This document shows, in pieces, positions 13,801 through 26,051 of a DNA stretch of 64,000 bases (its first letter is position 1; each line of letters begins with the position of its first letter). The position numbers were made by a program, and so were the translations under genes. The stretch comes from Yuukianura sp. NJ FZ-2021 (Eukaryota): contig CM102285.1 of assembly GCA_046563655.1 (NCBI GenBank), positions 9,610,001 to 9,674,000 of the forward strand. The letters are read 5' to 3'. The notes beneath the pieces were generated by a model, which was not told the DNA's origin, did not search any database, and was given only the letters and a program-made list of their open reading frames with translations.

Positions 13801-16800
13801 TGAAACGTGAACTGAAAAGATTTTATGATTTTTACTTTGAATTTTTAATTCCTTCTCGATCTAAAAATCTGAGCAGTTTTTCTCTTTGAAAAAAAATCTT
13901 CAAATTGGATCAAAACATTTCTTAGAATTTGCCGTAGTTTTTTGTTTTTAATTTGCGCATTGAGAGATTTTTGGTTGTTTTCGAAATTTTGGAAAGGAAT
14001 TTCCATGAATTGGAGTGATGAGAGGATGTATTGACAAGGTTTGGATGGGAAGATGCTGAAATATGCACAATTCATCTGAAGCATTTGGATCTTTGTTCCT
14101 TGGAAGATGCGAGTCACGCACTCTCACTTTTTCCCATTGTCTGTCTGCACAAACGCACAATGAGAAACTCCTCATCTCCAACACACAGCTCATGGCTTAC
14201 AAACACCAAAAATGTTGGCCTTGGCAAATACTCACAAAAACTTGACACAGAGTTCAACACGTAGCACTTAATTGACAGCAACTTAAGTTTTTTAAGGAAA
14301 AAAAAATATTATTTAACAATTTTGGGAAATAGTAATTGAAATGGTTTAAGAACTTCAATTTACTACAAACGCTAATTTCCGAATGCCGCTACTCATTACC
14401 AAAATGTGCAGATTTAGTTACATTTGCCAAAAATGGAAATATAAAGCTAGTGAAAATTTTAATGAAGTTTTCGTTTGAGCTTTCGGATTCTGTTGAAATT
14501 GGTTCACTTTTTTGTTGAGCTTTTTTTTTAAAATTTGGTTTCCAAGAAAGGACTTTGAATTTGGTTTTGTCGTGGTGTGAAGTTGTCTTTGTTTAAAAAA
14601 TATTCAAATGAGAGGCTATAACTTTGAAGGAGGTTGTCTGTGCTTGGGCGACACGCTAACGCATCTGCTGTAACAATGGGCAGTGTTGGCTGGACATGTT
14701 TGAAATTTAAAAAGTGAAAGCATGTGGAATGAATAAATCAAGTTCCTTGACCCTGGCCTTGAATTTTTTTCATGTTCTTCCTCCTGCCGAAGTGGTTCCT
14801 TCAAAAGTGATCTTGGACCACAAGGCATCTTCAGAATTCCTTCAACTTCAACTGAACACGGCTGGCCATTGTCCATCCTCGACTTTAATGAAACAGGTCT
14901 GTCTAAACTACACCCAACGCACTCCAAGTTCAGCCAAACAGTCACCAAACGCACTTTCAGCTAAATTTTTTAAATATATGTTTATGAATAATATTTTAAA
15001 AAGCAGCACTGGTGACGAATGTTTGGATTTCTACAGCTGAAGCTTATGTTCTAAGTTGAATTTTTGCTTTGAAGTTAGTTTTGCTTTTGCTTGAACTAGC
15101 ATTATTTGTAGGATTTGTTTAGTTTGTTCAAATCTTTGTTTAAACTAACTTTTGTTTAGCTTAGATTGTTAAAAAATAATTTTTACCGTATTTACTTTTG
15201 ACTTCTGATTACTAGTATGACTATTACGAATTTTGTGATTTGCCCATTTCATTGAAATTATTTCTTTTTACACATTCGTCAAACCTGTGTTTACTCATTT
15301 TTTGTTTATGAAAAACAAAGTGAAGGTTAGTCACAAAAATTGGAACAATGTGTACGTAGTGTCTCTTGCGAAATTTAATCCCATTCTGCGGCGAATGACA
15401 AATGTCACTTTTCAATTTCAAAACCAAGTGAAAGGTGACAGTTGGGAAGCATTCTAAGTAAGCTTCACTTAAGTTTTGATTCCAACAAACATTATTTTCA
15501 AAAAAAAATGCTGCATTACTATCTCTGGCATGGTTTGTTTTTTGTTCAATATTAATTAACGTACAAAGATGTCTAATAGCGTATGAAACAGAATGTTGAA
15601 TTCAGATTCTGAATTCCGATTGAAACTGATTTTGTCAACAAACTTTGTTGCTAATAAGATTTGCAAAATAATTTTAAACAGTTTCGAAACCCAATTTAAA
15701 CCAGTCACTCAAATCTGAGAATTAAAACAAGCAAGGGCACAAGCATAGCCCTACCCCGCCTCACGCCAAACATTTGAGTTCATAAATGAAATGATCTGAA
15801 TCGGTTTTTCAAAAATTTCTTCTTAAAAATTGCGTATTCTTTGTCTCTTGTCTTTTTTCATCTAAATTTTTAGTGTGATCACAGTTAAACGATTTATCGA
15901 ACTACACCTTAAAAGTAGTGATATCGCCCACTGCTTTCGATACAACAGTTCCGCTTCAATGATTTTCTAGCTTTCTTTTCTTAAAAAAAACTGTGACTTT
16001 CTGGAGTCGATTGGGGCTACACGTGGAGTCCTTGGAACTTGTCCATAAAATCCTTCAAGTCCATTCCCATTGTTTCACGTTCACCTCCTTTGTTCATTGT
16101 CCCAATTCTGACTCACTACGCACTACACAAATCTATGTCTGAGTAGTTCAGACTATTTCTGTCTCTAAAGAAGTTAATTTTAGTCTACGTCAATCAAAAA
16201 ATAATACCGAAAAGTTTATTGAAATTTTAAATAGCAATGAGAATGACGTACGCAGACCTCCGATTTTGGAAAAGTTTGTAAATTTTGAAACCAAACTCAC
16301 AAGTGGGAAAGTAAACGTTTTTTCTTTTTCATCAGCATGAAACATTTAAGATTTTGAAAGTTATGTTATGAAGAAGAGAATTTCTTGGTCAAAAATGCAA
16401 CGTAAACTTGAGAATGCTTCCACTTTTGTATTTTGAAATTCCAGAAACAAAGTACTTTTTTTTAAAATTTGAAATAAGAAATCGCGAAGCAAAAAGTTTG
16501 AAGCGCTAAGACTTCATGTAGTAAAAGTAAAAGTAAAACTTGTGTGATGTAGGGATGTAAGATTTTGAGGTTTTAAAATTTCAAAGAAAAATTGCATACT
16601 TTCGAAAATATTTGTGACTTTTAACTTTTTATGGAGGCACGCGTACCCAACTCTCCTTGGGTAAATAAGCTCTAAAACCCGGAACCACTTTTGACTCAAG
16701 TACAAGTTCAATCGCAAGGATGCAATTTGCGAGGAAGTTGATTTGGGAAAACGCTAAAATTTGCAATTCTGCTTTTGCAACCCAAATTTGCAACAAAAAG

Positions 16801-19800
16801 AGATTCGCAAGGCAAATGTATTTAGACCCCACACGCAACACCTTTGCGAACTAGCCGCAACAAAAACCTCCCCTCCATTGCATATTGTTTAGTTCTAACG
16901 TTACTTCCTTATTTGCTGATTTAATTTATTCGATGTTGCGAAAAAAGATGCGTAGAGGCTACACACTTGAAGCCAATTCCAAAGGAATTACAGTTATACC
17001 TCTTACATTTCCCAGTTGACATTGAAAATTTTGATGAAAGAAAACGAGTTTTGGTGGCTCATTTGGAGCGTTAAAGTCAACGCTTTATGACCTTCGCCCA
17101 TCTTTGTTACTTCTCACGCATAAATACTACTCAACTTGGGTTGAAATTGGATTCATCATTTTCCAAAAAAGCTAAAAAGCTCATTTGATCTCAAAAAACT
17201 GTTTGAAACACCTCCTCCCATGTCCATTTTCCATTTCATTTGGAGCTTTTTAGGATGTAACTGGATCAGTTCATTACTTTGCGTGCGTAACAGAATGCTT
17301 TTGGTCCATGGATTGAGATCAAAGATTACTAAATTGACCGTGACATGAGCTCTCGAGTGACCCTGCGAGCTATTCCATGTCAGATGAAGGACTCAGCTTC
17401 CAGGGTCCATGCTCAAAAAATCACTGGCTACAAGGTAACGTCTCTCCACGTGTCGAGTTCCAAGCAGTCTTCTGGGTGTCTTCTTCTGCTTCTTTGGTGG
17501 CACTACAGGCTCAAAATCCACTAACATTTTCAAAGGATTGCCGAAATTTCAAATATAAAAGCTTCAAATTTTTGTAAATGCAGAAATTTTCATTTAATTC
17601 AAAAACCAAATTGATTTAATTTTTACTATGAACGCATAGCTAATTTAGAGCGTGGGAAGAAGTTCTGGATCTGGAAATTAATACTAAATTGTATCTGAGC
17701 TTTCTTAAAAAGTTGAACGGAAGCCATTTCATGGTGTTACTAATAAAAAAAAAAGTTGCACGAATATTATATTGGGTAAAATACTAATTAATTATTTTGG
17801 CAAAGTTGATCTCGTAAATTAGTGGAATTGACCTATTTGAATTAAATTGAAGTCAAGGTTGCAATTTGAGTGTGGAATTATTTACAAAGTCCACTTTTGA
17901 GTGTCAACAGATCAAAAACTTCCGTCATCTTTGTCCCACTTTTTTTTTGGAGGTAGGAACTGGATCGTTATACCCACTGACGCACTTTTTTTTCCATTTC
18001 ATCTGGGTTGGATTAAAATCCATACGCTAGTTCAATATTTGCACGTCCGCGAAAGTTTTTTTTGGCACAATTTTTCGTTTTTTGAAAATTAAACCGGGGC
18101 TTACTCGTTGAAATTTTTTTCCTCAGAGGTCATGGAACTCTAAAAGGCTAAAGCAATTTAGACTTACGCAGAATCTGATATTGTTCATTAAAAATGCGGT
18201 TTTCTGGGCGTCTACAAACATAAAGTTTTGTTTTCCTTGATTTGGATTTTCGAAGTGCGTAAACCAAATAGCCCACGCACTAACGAATTAATTTAAAGCT
18301 TCTCACATGTCATTTCCTTTAGAGTTGAAATTTCTAAGAAGATACCAAGGAAGGAAATGGATTTTGGACTTCTAATGGGACGGAAGCCTTATTTGAGCTT
18401 TTACGCATAAACATTTCCTTCTTGTGCGTTAAGTGTTTCCTTCTAAAGTTTAAGTAGTTACGCATTGCGTATAGTAAGCATCCACTTTCTGCAAATAAGT
18501 GGAACTGACTCACCAACTTCTGGTTGCCAATTGAACTTTAAGTAACCACATGCCGACTTTTTTTCCGTCTCTCATTGATTCTTGTGCCCAGTCATCAACT
18601 TCCCTCGTAAATCTACTTCAAAGGTCAACGATCACTTGGTGACCTGACTTGTCAACAGATATGTCTTCATAATATTTCCGTTTGCAATTTAAAGATCACC
18701 TACATTTCATGTTAACATACACCTTACCTAACTGAATCTCTCAATTTAAGAGATCAATTACACTTAAACTAATTACCCTAACCATAAATTCTTATTTAAT
18801 TTATTTAATAACCTTTGCTCCCATTTCCTAACAACTATTAAGGTAATTACGAACCTAAATTACTCTTTAGTAGCCATGGATCATATTTTTTTTGGAAGTA
18901 AGGTGAAAAGTAGCAGAAGCTGTGCCTTAACAGTGCCAATTTGTGGCAATAGAAACGAGTCCTTGCGTTCTGAATTAATTCTTGAACAGTTTTTGGCAAC
19001 CGTTTATGCCATAGTTCTGGATTGACTTGTCTCTGCCTCTCTACTTCATTTATGCGTGAGTGTCTCTCGTCATGCCGCTTGTAATGTTATTTTGTGCGTA
19101 GGTTGAGACTTACAGACTAACTTAAGTGCAGAACAGAGGCTTTTGGAAGACTATGGCATGGTGGGGGTCATAGGCAGCAGTTAAACGGGGACATTGACCC
19201 GCTTTGGTGGGGCTGCCACGTGCCAGGAGGGGTGAACTGAACATGGAACCTAATCCGCTGAACGCCGTATCAATTGCGGTGGGGTCACGTAAACCACGTA
19301 ACAGTACGCACAATCCACAACCAATTAACACCCACACTTCCTTGATTAATCACTAAACGCAGTTGCTACATTTTCCATCAAACCATTTAAGATGCGTGGC
19401 CACAAATTGTAAAAAATAGGAGAAAGCTAAAATTAGAAGCTTGGGCGATGCTGAAGTGGAAGATCCATGTTTACTCTGAGTCATTGCACGCAATTTTGAA
19501 AAAAAAAATGAAATCCTACTTTTTTAAACGTACTTTTAAACAATGAACTCGTCATTAAAAAAATTCTGAACGCACTTTCTCCCAATATTTGACGAAGACC
19601 GATCTGCACGATTATGCAGGGAATTCTAAAAAAGAAGTGTGTGCATAGTAGATTTCAGTATTTTCAGCCTGGCATCTTGAATTTTAGTTTTTTTTTTTAA
19701 ATTGAAATTTCGGATCGAATTCGAACTTAAAATTGTGAAACCTCTGACAATTTCAATTCATTTTCTCAATTCATTCTTGTTTCTTTTGATGCCAAGGTAT

Positions 19801-22143
19801 TTAAGTCTATTGTCTGGAGATGTGATCTCTGGGAGAAATGTTACTCAACCTATGGAGCCGCATCTTCTTCAAGATTCAAGAATCTACCTTAGGTCGCTCC
19901 ACGCCCTTTGGGCTTCATGGTTTCAGAATGTCGCTAGTCGCTTTTTACTGTATGTGCTTGTAGAACATAGTCGCTTATGTTGGTTCATTCCAACTTTTTG
20001 TTATTCCTTCAGCAAGAGATTGACTCGTCCAAAGATCATGTTGTGGGTATTGAGGAAGTGGGATTTTAAAACAGTCTTCCTCAAAGCATCCCATTCTGGT
20101 TGCCTCCTCCACAAACTCAACTTGGTCCAAATTGACCTCTTACACGTGGAGCAACTTCCAAATCCAAGTTCAGTCTTTGGGAAAGCAAAGACTTGGAGAG
20201 ATGACGGCATTCTTTCAGGGCTTCCTTTTGAAGATGCATTTGATGCATTTCGTTTTTCATCTTTTGAAATGCAAGAGATCAATAACAGAAATTTGGACTT
20301 AATATTAAATTACAACCCTCAACACTTCATTATTTCACACACAAAAAATGAATACAAACAATTGAAACTTGAAGACAGGCATCTGGATCTGCATTTTGTG
20401 TTCCCCTGTTTCAGTGATTCCGAAAAACACATATCCATCTATGTCTAATATCCAATTTTTGTTGCAATGTACCAAGTACCATGCCATGCAAGTATCATGC
20501 ATCGCTTCAAAAAAAAATTCAAAGTTCAATTTTCTGAAGTCCAAAATTTTTTCAGAATTTCCATGAATCTGATCCGAAAAGAAAATCGGTTTCTGGGAAT
20601 CTTTTTCATTTTTCTTTGTCACAGTTTTTTAATTTGAACTTCTGTAAAGCATTTTTAGTAATGTTTGTTTTTATATTCCCCAACCCCAAATTTCGTCATC
20701 ATTGTTCTGTAATGATTCGAATAGAAATTGAGTATAAACTTATTTTATTACCATCGAAAGTGCGTGCAGATGCGTTTTTCCATTTTTACATGACACCACC
20801 AAGACAAGCTGACTGAATATGACTAAAAGCTGAAGCGTAAATGTTGAGCAACCTAAAAAAAATTTTACGGTCTGTTTCTCATTCTATTGAAAATAAAAGA
20901 AGATCTGTACGAAAACAGAATTCCTTGTACAGTTTTGATCTTTTGAAAAAGTTCCAGGAACAATACAAAAGAAGATGCGTAACACGCATTTTGTCACCAG
21001 GTGAAATCTTCTTTTAGATTTTTTATGCTTCTCTGGTTCCTGGTTCACACGCACAAGAAAGGTCATTTCGACACTTAAAAGTTAAGTTTACTAAAAAGAA
21101 ACAAAAATGATAGTAAGTGAACAAAAAAAAAAACGAAAAGGTAATGGTTGACCTCTGACCTGGCGATCGTTTAAAAGTGCATTTTCAGCCTATTTTTAAT
21201 TAACTTGAAACATAAGCTTGAATTTCATAAGAACACGCACAGTGAGTCACTCAATAGCGTGGTCAAATATAAACATTTTAACGCACAAGCGTAGGATTCA
21301 AAAATATAAACAAGGTTTGGTGACCTTTTGACATGACCTTTGCTCCGTAGTTTATAGAAAGTTCAAGTTGCTTGTTTGTTTTTCTCTTCAGTTTTGTATT
21401 TTCAGTATATCCAATCAGCGAAACTTGAAATTTCTTGGCAAGTTGTACAGAATTCACAATTCAGATTCGTAGGAGTGCGTGTCATTCATAGGAAAGTATT
21501 TCGAGAAAGAATTTCTAACTTGTTTAATGACCATAACGAGGAGACCTTAACTGTGTTAATATTATTCTACACTTTTAGTTAACTGGCAATTACAATTGAT
21601 AATTAAGAAAGCCCAGAATTCGTAATTATTTTTTTGTTGTTCTTGAAACACGTTTCGGGCTGTTTGAGAGTGCGTAGCATCATTGCTCAAGGAATTTGTT
21701 GATGCGTTTGTCTTTGCTTTTGAGTCTGCAGGGAATCTCTGAATCTCTCAACGCACCTCAATTCCAACTTACAACAACGCAACAATTAAATTGTAAAATT
21801 GAGTAGTTTGTCAACTTGGAAGGGTTGGACAGGGTCTACTTGAACTCAAATCCAGATGATGCGTTGCTCATTGTCAAGTTTGTTATGCACGCACTATGAA
21901 AGTCCTATGCGTAGAGCTGTCAGTTTAGCTGGGGGTGTTAATTAAATTTGAAGTTACGAAGGTCACTCAGAACTCAACTGTCATCAAGGGGAATACTTAA
22001 CAAGGGAAAAAGAATTTTTAATTAAAAGTAGCAACTTTAGCATGTCATCCCACCCGAAACATCCTTTTGTCAAGTTCTGGTCCACCTTCAATCCAGTCAC
22101 CTCATAAGGTCAAGTTAAGCAGAGGTCAAGCCTCTCACACGTG
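10893..22143. promoter_or_regulatory. Cluster of E-box (CACGTG) candidate juvenile-hormone response elements and AGGTCA half-sites/DR1 in the Kr-h1 first intron and upstream region
   Basis: CACGTG at 10907, 11086, 13048, 16020, 17447, 19217, 20143 and 22138. Five carry the CTCCACGTG core known from insect Kr-h1 JHREs bound by Met/Taiman. Confidence 0.65.
11757..11925 (-). promoter_or_regulatory. Putative Kr-h1 transcription start (Inr TCAGTT at 11925-11920) and non-coding first exon, spliced to an acceptor at ~8334
   Basis: Arthropod initiator-like TCAGTT, strong donor CAG|GTAAGC at 11757/11756, and acceptor ttttggcag| about 50 nt upstream of the ATG at 8284. Confidence 0.5.
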
Positions 22144-22353
22144 CGGAAAAGCTCACACAATGACAACTTTTAAAAACTAACTTTTTTAGAAAATGTTCAA
22201 AAAACGAAACAAAAGTCAATCTGCCTCTCAAATTACGATAGCATGGAATTACTTATTTCAAAAAAATTAACAACAGTCATAAAACGTAACGGATAATTTT
22301 CAATAACATTTCCAATATTTGCAAATAATTAGAAGCAGTTGAAGATTTCCAAT

Positions 22354-22381
22354 TTGCAAATTGCAAATTGCAAATTGCAAA
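22354..22381. repeat. Short tandem repeat (TTGCAAA)x4
   Basis: Read directly from the sequence. Confidence 0.85.
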
Positions 22382-23510
22382 TTTCGGACAAGAGATTTTT
22401 CGCAAAATGTTACCGCAGTACCACCTATACTTATATGGTCACTTTTTGAAAATACACAATGCATTGACAACTCTCCCAAAAGATGGCAAACGTGTAAGAA
22501 GAAAGATTTTGTGATGTAGAGCCTGAGCCACGCTGCTGCTGCATGCTAAAAATGTACAATTTCCAAATCTGAAAACTAACATTTTGTTTTCATAATTTGC
22601 AATAATTCTGGACAATGCAAATCCTAGAATTTTAACGTCTGAAGTTATGAAAATTATGGTCTATAACTTGGACGAAAGCAGTATGTTGTATAAGTTTAAA
22701 ATGTGTCTAAAACACTAAGAAATTTGTGCATGGTTAAGCATATGATTTTGCTCTACATAGTGAGATGGTGAATTGCAATAGTGAAAACTCTGCCATTTGG
22801 TAGGGTCAATTCTTGACCACCAAGGAAGTCGATGATGACCTGTAGCACATGAATTCTATGAATTAAGTGCTACCCCACGGGGTTTACGACCAAGCCTCGA
22901 TGGGACTCCTGAGACTTCCAGGACTACCACTTAACGCCCTTAAACTAGCTTTAGAGTGTCATTAAAAAGCTAGTTTTTCAGTGATAAGCTAACTTAGGAG
23001 TAATGCAGAAAGAGTCTCTAAAGTTTTTAATTGCAAAACATTTTGTAGAAAACAAGATTTCTTAACATTTGCACAGAACGATTAAAAAGTGAAATAATTT
23101 TTCCTTTGGCTAAATTTTTCAATTTGCCATGTCTAGTACTTTCCAAACATTACTTGTTATAGTAAAAGTACGTTTTTAAATTGAATATCGTGCTAAATAA
23201 TTAATAGCGTAGTATAATAAAATAGTTTGATTGTTTCAAAAACAAATTTGCGAAATCTTATTCTAGTGACCTAAGTTGAAAAATTGCATAACTTTTTGAT
23301 AACTTGTTTCTTAACCTTTTTTAACCTTGAATCTTCTGCCCAAAGCAGCTTAAGATTTGTCAGTCCGGTTCAAGTCTTCAATGTTTGAGGTTTGACAATT
23401 TCCAACTTGTGTGGAATTCAGAATTTTATATCCAAAATTTAAATTAATTTCAAATTAAAATCGTTACAATTAGAATTAATTGGAATTCTGAACTTTAACG
23501 GGTATTCGAA

Positions 23511-25154
23511 ATGCTGTACCGCAGTACTCGTGGCACTGGTCCTTCCATTTCTTTTGAAAAAGTGCTCTTTTCAGGGTACGCCGAGGATGGAGGTCTACTT
23601 GTTCCAGAATCCATTCCAAAATTGGATCCGACGCTACTGAAAAAATGGAAGCAAGACAAAGTGTCATACACCGAAATTGTCCACTACATCACTCGCCTCT
23701 ACGTTGCAGAAACTGAAATTTCGGACACTCAGCTGTCTGAGTGCATCAAGAAAGCGTATGCCAAATTTTCAAGGTCAGAGGTCATTCCAGTCAAGAAACT
23801 GGAACGGGGAAAGGGACAAGGGACAATCAATGTTGCAGAACTGTATCACGGTAGAACAGCGTCTTTTAAGGATGTGGCCCTGTCACTTCTTGGTCAATTT
23901 CTGGAACATTTCACGGAGAAACGGAATGGCCGGGTCACGGCGTTGGTAAAGAATCCAAAATATTTTAACGCAATTATAAAATTGAGTAAATTACTAACTA
24001 CCAACGCTGCTTAACTTAGGTAGGGACTTCGGGCGACACCGGAAGTGCTGCTATTGAGGCAGTTCGAGGATTGTCCAAAGTGAGCATTATCGTTCTGTAT
24101 CCCAAGGGAAAGATCACAGAAGTACAGGAATTGCAGATGCGATCTTATGGAATTGACGACAATGTTCATTTGTTTGAAGTCGAAGGGACATCAGATGACA
24201 CTGACGTTCCAATTCTCCAGTGCTTTCCAAATCCAAGTCTCACGAGTCTCAATTCCGTCAATTGGGCTAGAATCATGGTTCAGGTTGCCAAAATTACTAT
24301 TTTTCATATCACTTGAATATTTTTGAATTTAATTTTGGAAAATTTTTATCCTTTTTGGTCATTCTTAGATATGCCACTACGTTTACCTGTACGTTATTGA
24401 CGAAACTGAAGATGCGATTAGTGTTGTAGTGCCGAGCGGAGCTGGTGGGAACTTGACCGCTGGCGTTTACGCTAAACTGATGGGCGTACCACTTGAATTG
24501 TATGCTGCAGTTAACGAAAACTCTTGCGTCCATGACCTCTTGACTTCTGGAATTCTGGAGATGGACAAGCCTTGTGTTCAGACACCAGCAAATGCAATGG
24601 ATATTTGCAATCCCTACAATGTTGAAAGAATCCTGTTCTTGGCGTCCAATTCGGAAATTGTGTCGAAGATTATGACTGGAACTGGACCTCAAGTTTTACC
24701 AGTAGCAGTACACGATAAATTGAAAAGTTTCGTGAGAAGTTCAAAAAGTGCTGAAAATCGAAGTATTTACGAAACGATCCGATACGTTTGGAACATTTCC
24801 CATTACTTGGTACTTCGACATTCTATTTTTAATCATTTATATTAAAAGTTTTTCAAAAAGTTGAAGATTTTAGTTTCTTAATTTCTTTTTGTGTTCAAGG
24901 TCTGTCCGCATACTGCAACAGGAGTGAAACTCGCTCTGGACAAAATTCAAGGTGACTGCTATGTTTTGGCTACAGCGTCGCCATTTAAATTCCCAGAAGC
25001 ATTTTCAGAGGCAGGGATTTCCACAGATGTCGATGTTAATCAATTGCTTACGGCACTTCGATTGCTTCCGTTGAAGGAACCTAAGCTTATGAAGAAAGGA
25101 GAAGATTGGTTAAAAATTTTGAAACAGGAAATTGCACTAATCGAGGCTAAATGA
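23511..25154 (+). CDS. THNSL2: Threonine synthase-like 2 (PLP-dependent, fold type II); exons 23511-23945, 24020-24283, 24369-24809, 24900-25154
   Basis: N-terminal YRSTRG...GYAEDGGLLVPE, PLP-lysine motif HGRTASFKDVAL, GTSGDTGSAA, NSVNWARI, VPSGAGGN, CPHTA, LATASPFKF. Three GT-AG introns keep the frame. Confidence 0.9.
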
Positions 25155-25364
25155 TTTTCAAAATATCGAAATAAAATTTCGAAGTTAGTCTGAAGCGAAT
25201 TTCCAAACAAAAATTTTATTCTCTCAAAATATTTATGTAAAAATCTTTCTTCTCAAAATATTTATTCTCGGTTGAAATGTTTAAAACTTTGTCGTTTCAT
25301 GTTAAATTTAGTAGGAATTCAAAAATGTATGTCGAGGAAGCTTTCCTTGGAAGCATCGACTGTT

Positions 25365-26051
25365 TTAGGAAGCCCATAAAGCCAATTCTTTCATTTCGTC
25401 TTCATCTTCATCTCTATGACGCTGAATTGGTTCACTACGCTCGCCGACTTGCGCAGAAGCGGCACCTTTAGCGGGTTCAGGAACTTCAGGCTCATGTGAA
25501 TGTGTTACTGGCCCAACAGTCAACAAAGCAGCTTCGAGACTCTCTTGTTCCAGTGCTTCCAGTTCACGCTCCAGATCCTCGTCATCAAGGTCATGTCCAA
25601 AAGAAATTGGATTTGAAATGGCATCTGAAATTTCGCGGGAAACATCTTGTTGTTCAGCAATGTCGTCCATCATGTCATGCACTTTGTCTACGTCCAAATG
25701 CTGGTGAGCAGCCTTGAGAGCCTTGGCAGCTTCGGTCATGGTCTTCAAAACGGCAGTATTCGTGTGAGCTCCCTCGAGCGTCTCTCGTTGCATTTCGATC
25801 GTTGAAAGCGTTCCATCAATTTGCTGCAACTGCTTCTCGTAGCGCTTTTTCCGTTTCAATGCTTGGAGCGCCAGGCGTTTATTGGTGGATGCATACTTCT
25901 TCGCAATGCCAATTTCCGTTTCAATCTTCTTCTCCAGGAACTCTTGCTTCTTCACCAACAATTCCTCGGTTTCACGCAAACTTTGGATGGTCTGTCCTGT
26001 CGTTTTCGGTTTCTCTGGAGTCTTACCGAACAAATTACGAAAAATGGGCAT
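25365..26051 (-). CDS. shrb: ESCRT-III subunit CHMP4/Snf7/Shrub, single-exon CDS
   Basis: 228-aa ORF with LRETEELLVKKQEFLE, ALQALKRKKRYEKQLQQIDGTLSTIEMQRE and a C-terminal ALIX-binding helix MKELALWAS. Confidence 0.95.
   Translation of the reverse strand: MPIFRNLFGKTPEKPKTTGQTIQSLRETEELLVKKQEFLEKKIETEIGIAKKYASTNKRLALQALKRKKRYEKQLQQIDGTLSTIEMQRETLEGAHTNTAVLKTMTEAAKALKAAHQHLDVDKVHDMMDDIAEQQDVSREISDAISNPISFGHDLDDEDLERELEALEQESLEAALLTVGPVTHSHEPEVPEPAKGAASAQVGERSEPIQRHRDEDEDEMKELALWAS

Noticed and set aside
13309..15040. Short ORFs (13309-13518, 14616-14954, 14714-15040) as extra Kr-h1 exons or a separate gene
   Set aside because: No recognisable homology and no convincing in-frame splice path to the Kr-h1 acceptor.
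19702..20448. 248-aa ORF upstream of Kr-h1
   Set aside because: TTG start in a poly-T tract, composition typical of AT-rich non-coding DNA, no recognisable domain; it overlaps E-box/TGACCT motifs.
22354..22381. (TTGCAAA)4 as a transposon end or hairpin
   Set aside because: Simple slippage repeat; no partner terminal repeat or transposase seen.
23511..25154. Horizontally acquired bacterial or fungal threonine synthase
   Set aside because: It has three spliceosomal introns, and animals carry THNSL2 natively. Only a phylogeny placing it inside microbial ThrC would revive the idea.
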